The notes under the pieces: model-generated
What the model saw: the letters and a program-made list of their open reading frames with translations, nothing else
The model's database searches: none
Told to the model about the DNA's origin: nothing
Source: Squalus acanthias
Taxonomy: Eukaryota
Direction of reading: 5' to 3'
NCBI GenBank assembly: GCA_030390025.1
Contig: CM059432.1
Coordinates: forward strand, 140,928,001 to 140,992,000
DNA length: 64,000 nucleotides
Position numbers and translations under genes: made by a program
Part shown: positions 12,514 to 26,480 of the stretch, one piece after another
Numbering within the stretch: the stretch's first letter is position 1
Layout: the number at the start of each line of letters is the position of its first letter

Positions 12514-13562
12514 GGATTTGTTAGAGCACAGCCTAAGGAACCATTTCAGTTGCACTGTATCTATGGGTAGTGGGATCTATCTGTAAGGGAGAGGGAGTGC
12601 TACAGTTTCATTTATTTAACCATTTTCCCCCAAGTTGGCTCCTTTAATTCTGGCCTCTTGCACATCCACCATTGGCGGCCGTGCTGTCAGCTTCCTGGGC
12701 CCTAAGCTCTGGAATTCCCTCCCTAAACCTCCCCGCCTCTCTACCTCTCTCTCTCCTCCTTTAAGACGCTCCTTAAAACTTACCTCTTTGCCCAAGCTTT
12801 TGGTCATCTGCCCTAATATCTCCTTTATGTGGCTTTGTGTCAAATTTTGTTTGAAAACTCTCCTGTGAAGCGCCTCGGGACGTTTTACGACCTTTAAGGT
12901 GCTGGATTAAATCATTAGTGCATTGAGGAGATAGACCCTTTGAGCATCCCGTTGCTCTGTGACTATGTGTTGATGTTGGTCTTCCAATGCTTTGCTGCCC
13001 CATACCATCCCACTCCCAGTCCTTCTTTCACATGCTGAAGCTTTGCTTACGAAGTTAGCTCAATTCTGCACACTCTGTTTTACACAATAACTTCCAGCTA
13101 GATTTTCAAGTGATTTCTCAGGTTGAACGTGTTTTCAAAAGATTTTCTGATAACGCAATCACCCACACGCTCACCAACAATAGAATTTCCTTCCTCCCTT
13201 TAATCCCCCGCATCAGTGAAGTAAGGGTTCTCTAACTTGCTTTCACCTGCTTATAACCTTTCCGGTCACCTAAAATACAATATTTGAAATATTTGTTCAC
13301 GTGCTGTTATCATTCCATGGGCTTCAGCAATCCTCGCTTATCTCGCCCAAGTTTCCATTCTTCACATACGAGTGCACACAACAGATAATGGCAGGCACTG
13401 CATCAGAACCATGCTCGATCTTGTCCTCCACTGATAACCCACACAAGTATCTTCCAGCATTAGTCGCTGGTCAGTAATCAGGATCGAACTGATTCACCCC
13501 CCATTCTCCATAACTCAAGGTCAATTGAAATGTCCCCACTGATGAGCCAGGTGCAATTCGGG

Positions 13563-14670
13563 CATCATAGAATCATAGAAATTTACAGCACAGAAGGAGG
13601 CCATTCGGCCCATCTTGTCCGCGACGGCTGAGCTATCCACCGGAATCCCACTTTACAGCTCTTGGTCCGTAGCCCTGTAGGTTACGGCACTTCAAGTGCA
13701 TATCCAAGTACTTTTTAAAAGTGATGAGGGTCTCTGCTTCTACCACCCTTTCAGGCAGCGAGTTCCAGACTCCCACCACCCTCTGGGTGAAAAAAATTCT
13801 CCTCAAATCCCCTCTAAACCTCTGACCAATTACTTTAAATCTATGCCCCCTGGTTATTGACCTCTCTACTAAGGGAAATAGGTCCTTCCTTTCCACTCTA
13901 TCTAGGCCCCTCGTAATTTTATACACCTCAATTAGGTCTCCCCTCAGCCTCCTCTGTTCCAAAGAAAACAACCCCAGCCTATCCAATCTTTCCTCATAGC
14001 TAAAATTCCCCAGCCCAGGCAACATCCTCGTAAATCTCCTCTGCACCCTCTCCAGTTCAATCACATCCTTCCTGTAATGTGGTGACCAGAACTGTACGCA
14101 GTATTCTATCTGCGGCCTAACTAGTGTTTTATACAGTTCAAGCATAACCACATTGCTCTTATATTCTATGCCTCGGCTAATAAAGGCAAGTATCCCGTAT
14201 GCCTTCTTAACCACCTTATCTACCTGTCCTGCTACCTTCAGGGATCTGTGGACATGCACCCAAGGTCCCTCTGATCTCCTGCACTTCTCAGTGTCCTACC
14301 ATTTATTGTGTATTCGCTTGCCTTGTTAGCCCTCCCCAAATGCATTACCTCACACTTCTCCAGATTGAATTCCATTTGCCACTGTTCTGCCCACCTGACC
14401 AGTCCGTTGATATCTTCCTGCAGTCTGCAGCTTTCTTCTTCATTATCAACCACACGGCCAATTTTTGTATCATCTGCAAACTTCTTAATCATACTTCCTA
14501 CATTCAAGTCCAAATCATTGATATATACCACAAAAAGCAAAGGACCCAGCACTGAGCCCTGCGGAACCCCGCTGGAAACAGCCTTCCAGTCACAAAAACA
14601 CCCTTCGACCATTACCCTTTGTTTCCTGCCTCTGAGCCAATTTTGGATCCAACTTGCCACTTTGCCTTGC
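13563..14670 (-). mobile_element. CR1 LINE, 5'-truncated RT fragment
   Basis: [22 protein letters not shown]...KFADDTK and LYKTLVRPQIEYCVQFWSP motifs, one frameshift, short-repeat 3' tail. Confidence 0.92.
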
Positions 14671-15164
14671 ATTGCATCGCACAAAGTAGTGCATTTACCC
14701 ACTCAACTATTGAATGAGCCCTTCAGTAAATCTTTTTCACGATCTCATCATGTGATTCAGTCTCCCAGAAAGGTGCTGATATTACTCTGTATTGTTGCCA
14801 AACCTGTCAATTTGGACAAATCACAGGTGATTCCCTGAGGCCTCCATTTGTGTAAGGAACAGAAAGTGGCTAAAAGTGGCAAGCTACGTCTGTCACATGA
14901 GCTACAAAGGCCTTCTTCACACCTCTTTCTCATCCTCTCTCCCTTGTCTTGCTCTTTTCCACCTTTTTTTTGTCCTTTTTTTCTCATTTCTCTGTCTCTT
15001 TTTTGCAAAGCTAGAGACAGTTGTAGAATCGTAGAATCGTGCCTGTGCTGGCTCTCTGAAAGAGCGATCCAATTAGTCCCACTCCCCCTGCTATTTGCCC
15101 ATAGCCCTGCAAATTTTTCCTTTTCAAGTATATGAAGGAAGGATAATCTCAACATCCATAGTGG

Positions 15165-16956
15165 TCATAGTCATAGAGTCATAACGGCACAGAAGGAGGC
15201 CATTCGGCCCACCGAGTCCGTGCCGGCTCTCTGTAGAGCAATCCAGTCAGTCCCATTCCCCCGCTCTATCCCCGTAGCCCTGCAAGTTTATTTCCCTCAA
15301 GTGCCTATCCAGTCTCCCCTTGAAAGTACTGAGTGTCTCCGCTTCCACCACTTCCATCGGTAGCGAATTCCAGATCATCACCACTCACTGCGTAAAAAAG
15401 TTTTTCCTCAAGTCCCCCCTGTATCTCTTGCCCAAAACCTTAAATCTGTGTCCCCTAGTCCTTGTACCATCTACTAGTGGGAACAGCCTTTCCCCGTCTA
15501 GCCTATCCAAACCAGTCATAATCTTGTACACCTCTATCAAATCACCCCTCAACCTCCTTTGCTCTAATGAAAACAAATCCAGCTTCTCCAACCGGTCCTT
15601 GTAGCTAAGATCCCCCATCCCCGGAACCATTCTGGTAAATCTCCTCTGCACCCTCTCAAGGGCCTTCACATCCTTCCTAAAGTGTGGTGACCAGAACTGG
15701 ACGCAATACTCCAGTTGTGGCCTAACCAGCGCTTTATAACGGTTCAGCATAACTTCTCTACTTTTGTACTCAATACCTCTATTTACGAAGCCCAAGATCC
15801 CATATGCTTTGTTAACCACTCTCAATATGTCCTGCCATCTTCAGGGACCTATGCACATTAACTCCCAGGTCCCTCTGTCCCTGCACACTCTTTAAAACTG
15901 TGCCATTAAGTGTATATTGCCTCTCCCTGTTCCTTCTGCCAAAATGCATCACCTCACACTTCCCTGTATTAAATTCCATCTGCCACTTGTCTGCCCATTC
16001 TGCTAGCCTTTCTATGTCCTGTTGCAGTCGATTGGTATCATCATCACTGTTTGCCACACCCCCCAAGTTTGGTGTCATTGGCAAATTTAGAGATTCTACT
16101 CTCTATTCCAATATCCAGGTCATTTATATATATCAAAAAAAGCAGTGGCCCCAGCACTGACCCTTGGGGAACACCACTGTCTACCATCCTGCAGTCTGAA
16201 AGACAGCCATTTACCACATTCCTTATCCAAGCTGCTACTGACCCACCTATTCCATGAGCCTCAATTTTGTTAACCAACCTTCTATGTGGTACTTTGTCAA
16301 ACGCCTTCCGAAAATCCATGTAGACAACATCCATTGCATTCCCTTCATCAATCCTCTCTGTTACTTCATTAAAAATTCAATTAGATTAGTCAAACACGAT
16401 CTGCCTTTTACACATCCGTGTTGGCTCTCCTTAATTAGCTTAAACCTCTCCAAGTGCCTGTTAAATTTTTCCTTGACTATTGTTTCTAAAACTTTACCCA
16501 CCACTGATGTTAAACTGACCGGCCTGTAGTTACTAGGATTGTCCATACACCCTTTCTTGAACAATGGTGTCACATTTGCCACTTTCCAATCCTCAGGCAC
16601 GTCCCCCGCATCTAGGGAAGATTGGAAAATTATGGCAAGCCCTTCCGCTATCTCCTCCCCCAATTCCCTTAGCAACCTGGGATGCAAGCCATCTGGACCA
16701 GGCGACTTGTCCACTCTAAGCATACCCAGCCTTTCTAGTACATCCTGTCTATCAATTTTCACCCCTTCCATTGCTTCTACCTTTTCCACTTCTACCGATA
16801 TTTGGTCAGCATCCACCTCCTTAGTAAACACCAATACAAAGTACTCATTGAGTATTCTAGCCTTGCCCTGCGCCTCTAAGCATATATCACCTTCTTTGTC
16901 TCTAATAGACCCCACCCTGTCTCTTACTACCCGCTTACTGTTTACATGCCGGTAGA
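15165..16956 (-). mobile_element. CR1 LINE, degenerate RT fragment
   Basis: [38 protein letters not shown] and [10 protein letters not shown] motifs spread over frameshifted ORFs. Confidence 0.92.
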
Positions 16957-17181
16957 AGCCGGTATTGAACGCATTCTGTTAAACTATAAGGCCTATAAAT
17001 TTCATCGAGGGCTTTCACAGTTGCTATGATTGCTGAGGCAACCTTACCACTGTAGCGATATCTTGTGTGAGACTCTTGCTGAATTGGTAGAACTGATTGA
17101 GGTGGAGTGAATTTGTTCATCTGTAAGTCACTATTAAGTACTGAGTTTTCACAGTTAACCTCACTGTCTAACTTCTTCTAG

Positions 17182-17631
17182 TGTCTGCCGTGGCTCAGTG
17201 GGTAGCACTCTCTCTCACCTCTGAGTCAGAAGGTCGTGGGTTCAAGTCCCACTCCAGAGACTTGAGCACAAAATCTAGGCTGACACTCCCAGTGCAGTGC
17301 TGAGGGATTGCTGCACAGTCGGAGGTGCCGTCTTTCGAATGAGATGTTAAACCGAGGCCCCATCAACCCTCTCAGGTGGATGTAAAAGGATCCAAGGCAC
17401 TATTTCGAAGATGAGCAGGGGAATTCTCCCAATATTTATCCCTCAACAAACATCACTAAAACAGATGATCTGGTCATTATCACATTGCTGTTTGTGGGAG
17501 CTTGCTGCACGCAAATTGGCTGCTGCGTTTCCTACATTACAACAGAGGCTACAATTAAAAAGTATTTAATTGGCTTTGGGAACGTCCTGAGGTCGTGAAA
17601 AGCACTATATAAATGCAAGTCTTTCTTTCTT
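17182..17631 (+). mobile_element. DeuSINE (SacSINE1-like)
   Basis: tRNA-like head, core and (cttt)n tail. Confidence 0.8.
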
Positions 17632-18028
17632 TAACAAGCCGAATCCACTGCAGGTCTTGGCAACCCATAATAAGGGCACAACAAATCACATTGTTTCAGG
17701 TCCATGAGAAAGGTCAGAGGTTAGAGAAAACGCCTGGTAACGCAAAACTTGTCAAGGTGCTTCAGAAATGTTTAATTTTTCTTGTTTTGCACATGGTGTA
17801 AATGCAAATCTATTCTTGTTAATAGCTGGGGAACCAGGAGGTTTGTGTTCCAGATGGCCTTGTCTCAAAAGTAATGATGGCATGCATTTAAAAATGACCT
17901 TTATGTGTTACATTCCACATCAAGTGAACACTTTTAACAGTCAGTCAAGGCAAGTTGTCAAATACGTTGGTTTGATACGAGGATTCACAAACTGGAGCAA
18001 GGTTGAGTCACATTTATTGGTTGGTAAC

Positions 18029-19118
18029 AAGGGTGGCCAACTCTGATTGGAGGTATGGCTGGAGCTTTCATCACATGATCTCCAGGCCCCAACCACCCGC
18101 CCCCGGGTTCCCACCATTGGTCGCCCTACACGTCCTTCCTCACGGAGCCCCGCCCCCCCGCACCGATTGGAAAGCAAACAGAGTCTTTGTCGCCCGATTG
18201 GATGATTCTTAACTGTCAGTCAGACAGCCTTTTTTTCCCGCTTTCCAATATTTTTTATCACTAACCAACAAAAGGGTTCAAAGAAAATGATAAAAACACA
18301 TCCGGCCCCGTAATTTCCGATAGGAGGCTTCCTGCGTGCAGATGCCTCCTATCGGGGAAAAAATCTACGCCCTTACCTGAAGGCTCCCGAGGTCCGGACA
18401 CTTCCACTCCTGGGCCTCTCCACAGTCGAAATGCGCAGGGCCCACGTATTCCAGGGGCGCAGGCGGTTCGCAAGCGTCCCTGGGATCACATGGGCCAGGC
18501 CAGCCAATAGGAGAAGGGAATCTCCCTTCATACTTTTGACAGATAGACCCGTCAAATATATGACTGGGGATCACTGAAAAAACGACATCAAAACATTAAA
18601 TAAATTTTTTAAAAACCATCACCTTTTTAAAATGAGTTAAAATTACATTAAATTAAATATTTTAAACAAAAATTTAATTTTTTGAAAAAATAATTAAAGA
18701 TTTTTACGGGGCTAAAAATAAACTTAACCTTTTATAAAAGTATTTTTACTTTTTTAAATCCTTATGCTGGTAAAAGCAGGCCTTACGCGTGCTTTTACCA
18801 GGCGTAAGATTTCTAAGGGTTTTCAGCGGGCGGAGGTTCTGCAGAAAGCGGAACTATCCGCCCGCAGAGGCCCTTCTCCAGGGCAGGCGTCCGATCTGTC
18901 AAGAGCATTCTTGACAGATTGGAAATGCCGGTTTTCAGCGCATGCTGAAACCGGCATTTCTGATGTCCCTACGGGTGTGTACACAGCCCGTACACACCCG
19001 TAGGCATCGGAAAATACTGGCCATTGTTTTGCTCCCGGGTGTTGCTCACAGCAGTGTCCTGGAGATTAATACTTAATTCCTGGAGACTCCAGGCCAATCC
19101 TGGAGGGTTGGCAATGCC
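18029..19118. mobile_element. hAT-like MITE (AGGGTTGCCAA-type TIRs) interrupted by a Harbinger-like MITE
   Basis: Ends agggtggccaac / gttggcaa; outer parts resemble uninterrupted relatives at 25328-25486 and 36153-36490. Confidence 0.55.
18304..19022. mobile_element. Harbinger-like MITE (family H1)
   Basis: TIRs ggccccgtaatttccgat / atcggaaaatactggcc; collinear internal motifs with 466-1227. Confidence 0.65.
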
Positions 19119-20451
19119 ATTGGTAACAGAACAGATGATACTTTACTCCTCCAAATATCTCCACACAAGATATGCAAATGTCTGTTTCCTGTTGTCTTTG
19201 TAACATAATCGTGAGACTGGACCAGAGAATCCACAATTTAACTGATGCAGGTTCCACCTCTTTGAATTCACCTTCCGTTCCGCACTGACCGACACGAACA
19301 GCGCTTCAACATCACTCTACTGGCTGATTCGTTCTTTGTCTCAGTTAAATGGAGAGACTAGCGAAGCTGGTTTTGTTCTCCTTAGAGCAGAGAGGGTTAT
19401 GGGGAGATTTGATAGGGGTGTTCAAAATTAGGAGGGGTTTTGATAGAGTAAATAAGGAGAAACTGTTTCCACTGGCAGGAGGGTCGGTAACCAGAGGACA
19501 CAGATTTAAGGTCATTGGCAAAAGAACCAGAGGAGGGATGAGGAGAATTTTTTTTTACGCAGCGAGTGATCTGGAACGTGCTGCCCGAAAGGGCGGTGGA
19601 AGCAGATTCAATCGTAACTTTCAAAAGGGAATTGGATAAATACTTGAAAAGGAAAAATTTGGGGAACGAGCAGGAGGAGAGTGGGACTAATTAGATAGCT
19701 CAGAGAGCCGGCACAGGCACGATGGGCCGACTGACCTCCTTCTGTGCTGTACGGTTCTGTGCTTCATTGGTCTAGTGCCCCAGTACTGTTTTGGGGAGTT
19801 GTAACATCTATGCAGTAGCCTGATATATCTCCCGGCCGTTCGCAGTAATTGCAGCTTCTTTTAATAGCGTGTTTGACTGACCATGATGACACAGTCCAAA
19901 GCCAGCAAGCGGGTGGTTTATAAATGTCACTCCAGGCTTTCAATCATGCCACACAGTGGCTTTGTACTTCATTGAGGAATTATCCTAACTGTAGGACGTG
20001 CATATTAATCAAGTCTTTGCTGGAAGGTTTACGACAAGACATAAAACAACTTACTGCAGTGTATACACCCCATCATCCTACTGCGGCTTAATGGGTCAGT
20101 GCTGTGTTATCCTTTCCATAAATTCTTCCTCTTCGTGTTTGAAATCGGCTTCTATATTCAATGCAGTTAAAAAAAACAACTGGTAAAGAAAGAAAGATGT
20201 GCATTTATACAGCGTCTTTCACAACCTCAGGATGTCCCAAAGCGCTTTACAGCCAATGAAGTACTTTTGAAGTGTAGTCACTGTTGTAATGTAGGGAAAC
20301 ACTGCAATTTGTGCACAGCAAGCTCCCACAAACAGCAATGTGATAATGTCCAGATAATCTGTGTTAGTGATGTTGATTGAGAGATAAATATTGGCCAGGG
20401 CTCCGGGGAGAACTCCCCTGCTCTTCTTCGAAATAGTGCCATGGGATCTTT

Positions 20452-21071
20452 TACAACAACTTGTATTTATATAGCGCCTTCAATGTAGTAAAACGTCCCA
20501 AGGCGCTGCACAGGAGTACTTTAAGACAAAAACATTTGACACCGAGCCACATAAGGAGAAATGAGGGCAGATGACCAAAAGCTTGGTCAAAGAGGTAGGT
20601 TTTAAGGAGCATCTTAAAGGAGGAAAGAGAGGTAGGGAGGCGGACAGGTTTAGGCAGGGAATTCCAGAGCTTAGGGCCCAGGCAACAGAAGGCACGGCCA
20701 CCAAAGGTTGAGCAGTTATAATCAGGGATGCTCAAGAGGGCAGAATTAGAGGAGCGCAGATATCTCGGGGGGGGGGGGGGTTGAAGGAGATTACAGAGAA
20801 AGGAAGGGGCGAGGCCATGGAGGGATTTGAAAACAAGGATGAGAATTTTGAAATCGAGGCGCTGCTTAACCGGGAGCCAATGTAGGTCAGCGAGCACAGG
20901 GGGTGATGGGCGAACGGGACTTGGTGCGAGTTAGGACACGGGCAGCCGAGTGTTGGATGACCTTAAGTTTACGTAGGGTGGAATGTGGGAGACCAGCCAG
21001 GAGTGCATTGGAATAGTCAAGTCTAGAGGTAACAAAGGCATGGATGAGGGTTTCAGCAGCGGATGAGCTGA
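20452..21071 (-). mobile_element. L2-clade LINE 3' end
   Basis: IHAFVTSRLDYSNALLAGLP and LHWLPVKQRLDFKILILVFKSLHGLAP motifs, (gtt)n tail. Many shorter copies, e.g. 33547-34397 and 49947-50370. Confidence 0.88.
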
Positions 21072-21500
21072 GATTACAACAGTGACTGCACTTCAAACAT
21101 ACTTCGTTGGCTGTAAAGCACTTTGGGATGTGCTGAGGTTGTGAAAGGCGCTATTGAAATGCAAGTCTTTATTTCTAGGAATAGGTTTTTCCTTGTATTC
21201 TGTCCAGGAGTGTGAGAGTTGTTAACAGAAAAAGTGACAAAATGTTGCTTACAATTGCTAGGAATCCATTCCACGTCTTAACTACGGTTCGAAAATAAAC
21301 CCTCATCTCGAATCTTGTTTGAGGCTGGCCAGTGTTGCACTCCCTGTTTTCTAATCGTAGTTTAAATGAATCATCTGGCATTTGTTTCTACTAACCCTCC
21401 CTCTCAGCACTTTACAGGACTGGATCATATTTCATGTTAGTCTCCCTTCTGCATGACATGAGTGAACAAATTTGATCTAGAACGTGATACCTCACCTACA

Positions 21501-22101
21501 GGATGTGGTAGTGTAGTAGTTATGTTACTTGACTGGTAATCCAGCAGAACACAAGTTCAAATCCCACCAGTTTGATATTACTCAGTATTTACAGCACAGA
21601 AAGAGGCCATTCAGCCCAACATTCTATGCCGGTGTTTATGCTCCAAATGAGCCCCCTCCCACCTTACTTCATCTCACTCTTTCAACATAACTTTCTATTC
21701 CTTTCTCCGTCACGTACTTAGCTAGCTTCCCCTTAAATGCATCTGTGCTATTTGCCTCCACCACTCCCTCGAGTTTCACACGCTGGCCATTCAGTCTGAG
21801 AATAGTTTTTAAAAAATAAATCTGGAAATAAAAAGCTGGTCTCAGTAAAAGTGACCGTGAAGCTGTCGGATTGTCGTAAGAATCCAACTGGTTCACTGAT
21901 GTCCTTTCGGGAAGGTAACCTGCCGTCCTTACCCGGTCTGGGCCTATACGTGACTCCAGTCCCACACCAACATGGTTGACCCTTAACTGCCCTCTGAAGT
22001 GGCCGAGCAAGCCAATCCGTTGTATCAAAAACCACAATTTCAGGGCAACTAAGGATGGGCAATAAATGCCAGCCTTGTCAGGGGCCGATCATATCCCAAG
22101 A
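21501..22101 (+). mobile_element. Second tRNA-like SINE family, interrupted by a CR1 fragment
   Basis: B-box-like gttcaaatccc; body shared with 58642-59352; 3' tail matches that of the LINE at 1985-2730. Confidence 0.65.
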
Positions 22102-23224
22102 ATTAATTAACAATATTGATAAGATGTTCTCTGGAAAGGGCTGTTTCACCAGTTAAGGTCGGCCATATTAAGTGATTTATGTCGGCAGGAGTCAGCTGTC
22201 AGACACCTACTCTAATGGTGAATCATTGATAATCTCCTCTGGGCCCAAGCCTGTGTAGAAGATACTCCTGCCCCCTTTTTATGAATAGAGTGTCCTTTTA
22301 ATAGATAGTTGTACATGAGCCTTCTGTTTAATGTTTATTCCAGGCAAAGATTTTGTTCTTTGGTATTAAGACGACAACAACAACTTGCATTTACACGGCG
22401 CCTTTAACGTAGTAAAAGGTCCCAAGGCGCTTCACAGGAGCGATTATCAAACAGAATGTGGCACCGAGCCACATCAGGAGATATTAGGACAAGTGGTCAA
22501 AAAGGTAGGTTTTGAAGAGCGTCTTCAAGGAGGAGAGAGAGGTAGAGAGGCGGAGAGGTTTAGGGAGGGAGTTCCAGAGCTCAGAGACTAGGCAGCTGAA
22601 GGCACGGCCACCAATGGTGGAGCGATTAAAATTGGGGATGCTAAGAGTATGATTGTTTTCTTCAGATTTCTGTTCTTTTCAGGAGGACTTGTAAGATTTT
22701 CAAAATTTGATCTTCAGTAGAAATCTTCTGCAGGAACTTGTGTCAATTAATCAAAGTCTTCAGTTAACGTGGGATGATTTAGGTTGCGAGGCTCAATCAC
22801 TCATCCTGATAATATTATTGACCACATAGATCACAAGGGATAGATGCACAATGAGCATGTGCAACATATGAGTCAGAGATTATTGAGTGAACTTCATGAT
22901 CAATGTACAAGCAGAACAACACTCTACCTGTTTATCTCTGTTTACTCTGCAGAAAATGCCACCTACTTTTATCTGTGTTATTGGATACCCGGACAGATAG
23001 AGATAGTAGAGAGAGAGAGAGAGAGAGAAACTATTTCCTCTGATGGGGAGAGTCCAGAACAAGGTGGCAAAACCTTAAAATTAGAGCTAGGCAGTTTAGG
23101 AGTGATGTCAGGGAGCACTTTTTCACACAAAGGATAGCGGAAATCTGGAACTCTCTCCCCAAAAAACTGTTATGGCTGGGGGTCAGTTGACAATTTCAAA
23201 ATTGAGATCAATAGATTTTTGCTA

Positions 23225-24839
23225 GGCAGAAGAGGAAGATGCAGAAGGAAGGATGCAACCCAGACAGCCCCTTTCTGGCCAGGATATCCGGGATGGAATC
23301 ATCCACCTGCGGTACCAGTGACCACAACCCCAATTCCCCTTTCAACATTTGTCCCACACCTTACCTTCCCTCTGTTGCTGACCATCACAGCATCCTCTTG
23401 GCCACAATGCTGAAATAAAAACCACCACAAAGCAAACATTCCAATCCAACTTTATGCATCTATCCATCCAATATGACATCAAGAAATCAACTCATCACCC
23501 TTATGCATTCTCTTAGTGACTGTCATGTGTGTGCCTTTGCCTATCCTACTGATGTCACGCAGTGCTACCCCAGTGGCTGCAGCATGGCTGGTGGAAGGCT
23601 GCTGACTTTCAGTGGGGGATGCTACAGATGGTCTTGCTGGTCGACCTTGAGGAGCTGGTGGCTGAGAGTGTCCAATCAAGTGACGGTGTTGTTGTTTCTT
23701 TTCTTTCCTTTTCTTTTCTTTTCTCTTCTTCTTCTTCACTCTCCTCTCCCTCTTTGTGGCCAACCACTCGCTGGGCAGGCTGCATTTCTTGGGTGTGTGA
23801 AATGAGGAAGGCACAAGGGTGGAGTTGTGGTGACGGGAGGGCAGGAAAGCAAGAGGTGCATGTGAAAAAGAGGATTACATATAAGGATACCAGCATCTTT
23901 TATCCTTTCAGCCCCACCGCTGGCCAAGGGCTCAGCCATACCCCTGCCAAGAATGGCCTGCACCGTCTCCTCCAAGGGGGTGAGGTGAGGCTAGGAATGG
24001 GAGATGTGCTTCGTGATTGGTGCAGGTTGTTGGTCGGTGAGTGATTGTTGGGGGTGGGAATCGTGCATTGAGCAGTGTGTGAGGCTAGTGGTGCAGTTGG
24101 TAGGAGATGGTTTTTGAAGATGCATTCACTGACCTTGACCAGTGGTCTGAGGTCATGAAACTTCTTTGGGCACTGGAGCCAGGTGGTGGGGGTGACACTG
24201 CTGGCAGTGACAGCCTCGGTGATCTGGTCCCACATCGTTCTTTCTGGAGGGCCTCCTGGCCCCTGTGAGTCGAGGACCAGTCTTCCAGTGTTGACCCCCT
24301 GCACAAAGCTGGAGTGCCGCGTGCGAGACCCTGGGTGCCCCTTCCCTAGCTTGCTGGGCCATCTGTGTTTGTGCTGAAGCACTTTTCCCATTTTTTTTAG
24401 GTGCGGAAGAGAATTCAGCTTTAAAAGCTGAAGACTCCCATTTGGGACTTCTTTTTAATGTTAATTTTTTTTCCCAGAAGGCAGTTGAGCTGTAAGGGCT
24501 AAAAACTGCCTATTTTTACATGATTTTAATTTTTTTCATTTCAGAAGGCAGGGCCCCTTTAAGAGACCGACAATGCTTTCTAAAATGACGGCCTCGTTTT
24601 CAGAGCAGGCTATTCTAGCTGCATTTTGACGCTTTGGCCACACTACATTGGGGCCTCCTGCTGGGATGACCGTCACCAGCACGGCGTTACACAGTGAGTT
24701 TCAGTGCTGGGCTAATGATAGTTAGTCCCCAGTGACAATCTTTTTTGGTCCTGCCAGCGCCACCATTTTCGACGGCCGTTAACCCCCCCCGGCCGCAGTG
24801 GCACCGGCGGCTTTTGTGGCGTTCATGAATTTGTGAGCC
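23225..24839 (-). mobile_element. Degenerate PIF/Harbinger element carrying a Myb/SANT-like DNA-binding ORF remnant
   Basis: Frameshifted MAQQAREGAPRVSHAAL...MWDQITEAVTASSVTPTTWLQCPKKFHDL (about 24362-24135); TIR-like end gaatttgtgagcc at 24839. Left boundary approximate. Confidence 0.65.
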
Positions 24840-26169
24840 ATTGGCTCGTTGCAGTTGGTTTTAACCCAGTTTGTTGGGTTTTTCTTGTAACCAGTGATTT
24901 GTGTTTTTTTTAAAAATTGCCCAGGAATCCTTGTAAACGCCTTTAATATATTTGAGAAACTGTGATTACCCATAAAATGCTGGTTCTGCACAGCATTAAA
25001 TCATCTAATTATTCATTGTTAACAGATACACATACTGGGTCAGCCAGAAACAGGATTGAAAGCTTAAAATAAGCCCTAGAGCCAGATGCATCTTTCACCA
25101 TCACAGTAAACCTTTATGCTTCGTAAAAACATTAAATAAGTTTAAAGTCTTTCAAGTTTTACGAAAATGAAATTTGAGCTCCATCCTTGCGTGCAGTGCT
25201 TGTTTTCCTAATTTTTCTTCCCCCTGAAATTGTTCCGTTTCCTTCACAGTTCCCCTGGCCTTCCCGTCAGTTTGGGGCCAACCGAACTCCTGCCTCTGTC
25301 GATGCCCCCCCTCTAAAACCGAGCACTTAGGCTTGCCAACCCTCCAGGATCGTCCTGGAGTCTCCAGGAAGGAAGGGCGTGGCGAGCGTCCAATGACGAG
25401 AGTGTGGGGGGGGCGGGGCCTGTTCAAGGCGGGAGGTCATGTGATGAAACCTCCAGGAATACGTCCAACCAGAGTTGGCGACCCGACAGGAACTGGCCGG
25501 TGTCTGAAAGCACCCTGGGACGATTCTTCCTCTTCCTCTTCCTCTCTCCCTTTCAACTGGGTCGAGTGTCAACAAGTTATTCGACTGCAACTGCATTGCA
25601 GTAGCTCCTAATCCTGACGTGCTTTTGCCAGCAGCAGTCATTAAATTGCATTTGGGAGCAGGAACCCTGGCTGATAGATTTTTTTTCCCCCACTCTCTCT
25701 CTAGCCTAATGGAATTGCACTCTCCCACGCTCGCTGTTTCTCACTCTCTCCCTGTCCTCTCCAAGCTCAGAATCAGTCTCTTTCTGATTTCTATGTCTCA
25801 TTGACACACCAAACAGTGCACTGATCCTCTCCACCTATTGCAGTGGAGCTTTAAGGGCCGATTATTTAATCAACCTCATTTCATCGCATGAGCTGAGCTG
25901 AGCTGAGGGAGATAACTAGAGTAGCCAGCAGAAGAAAATGGAGAAGGGAAATGACAGCTAAAGTCAAGAGTGGAAAGAGACCAGCTCAGGTCTTGGGTGA
26001 AACTGCAGAAAGTTAATTTTGCACTTTTGAATCAGTAACTTTGCAAGTCTGCCAGGATAAGAGCTCGGCCTGGAGAGTCTGTTCCAGCAATCGCTCCACA
26101 GCTGCTGCTGTGCTGGGTTTGAGCCACATTGAAATATGCAACAGTATGCTCCATCATCTGCCCCTCACT

Positions 26170-26480
26170 GTGTGTTTGCGTGCGTGTGCGCTTGTGTGCA
26201 CGTGAGGGTGTTTGCATGTGTGTGTGCACGTGTGTGTGTATGTGCGTGAGGGTGTTTGTGTGCGTGTGTGCATGTGTGCACGTGAGGGTGTTTGTGCACG
26301 TGTGTGCACGTGAGGGTGTTTGCACGTGTGTGTGCATGAGGGTGTTTGTGTGTGTGGGTGTTTGTGTGTGCCTGCTTGTGGGTGTTTGTGTGCGTGTGGG
26401 TGTTAGCGTGTGTGTGTTTGTGGGTGGGTGTTAGTGTGTGTGTGTTTGTGTGTGCGTGTCCATTTGTGTGCGTGCGTGCG
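26170..26480. repeat. Degenerate (GT)n-derived simple repeat with cacgtgagggtgttt units
   Basis: Directly visible. Confidence 0.9.
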
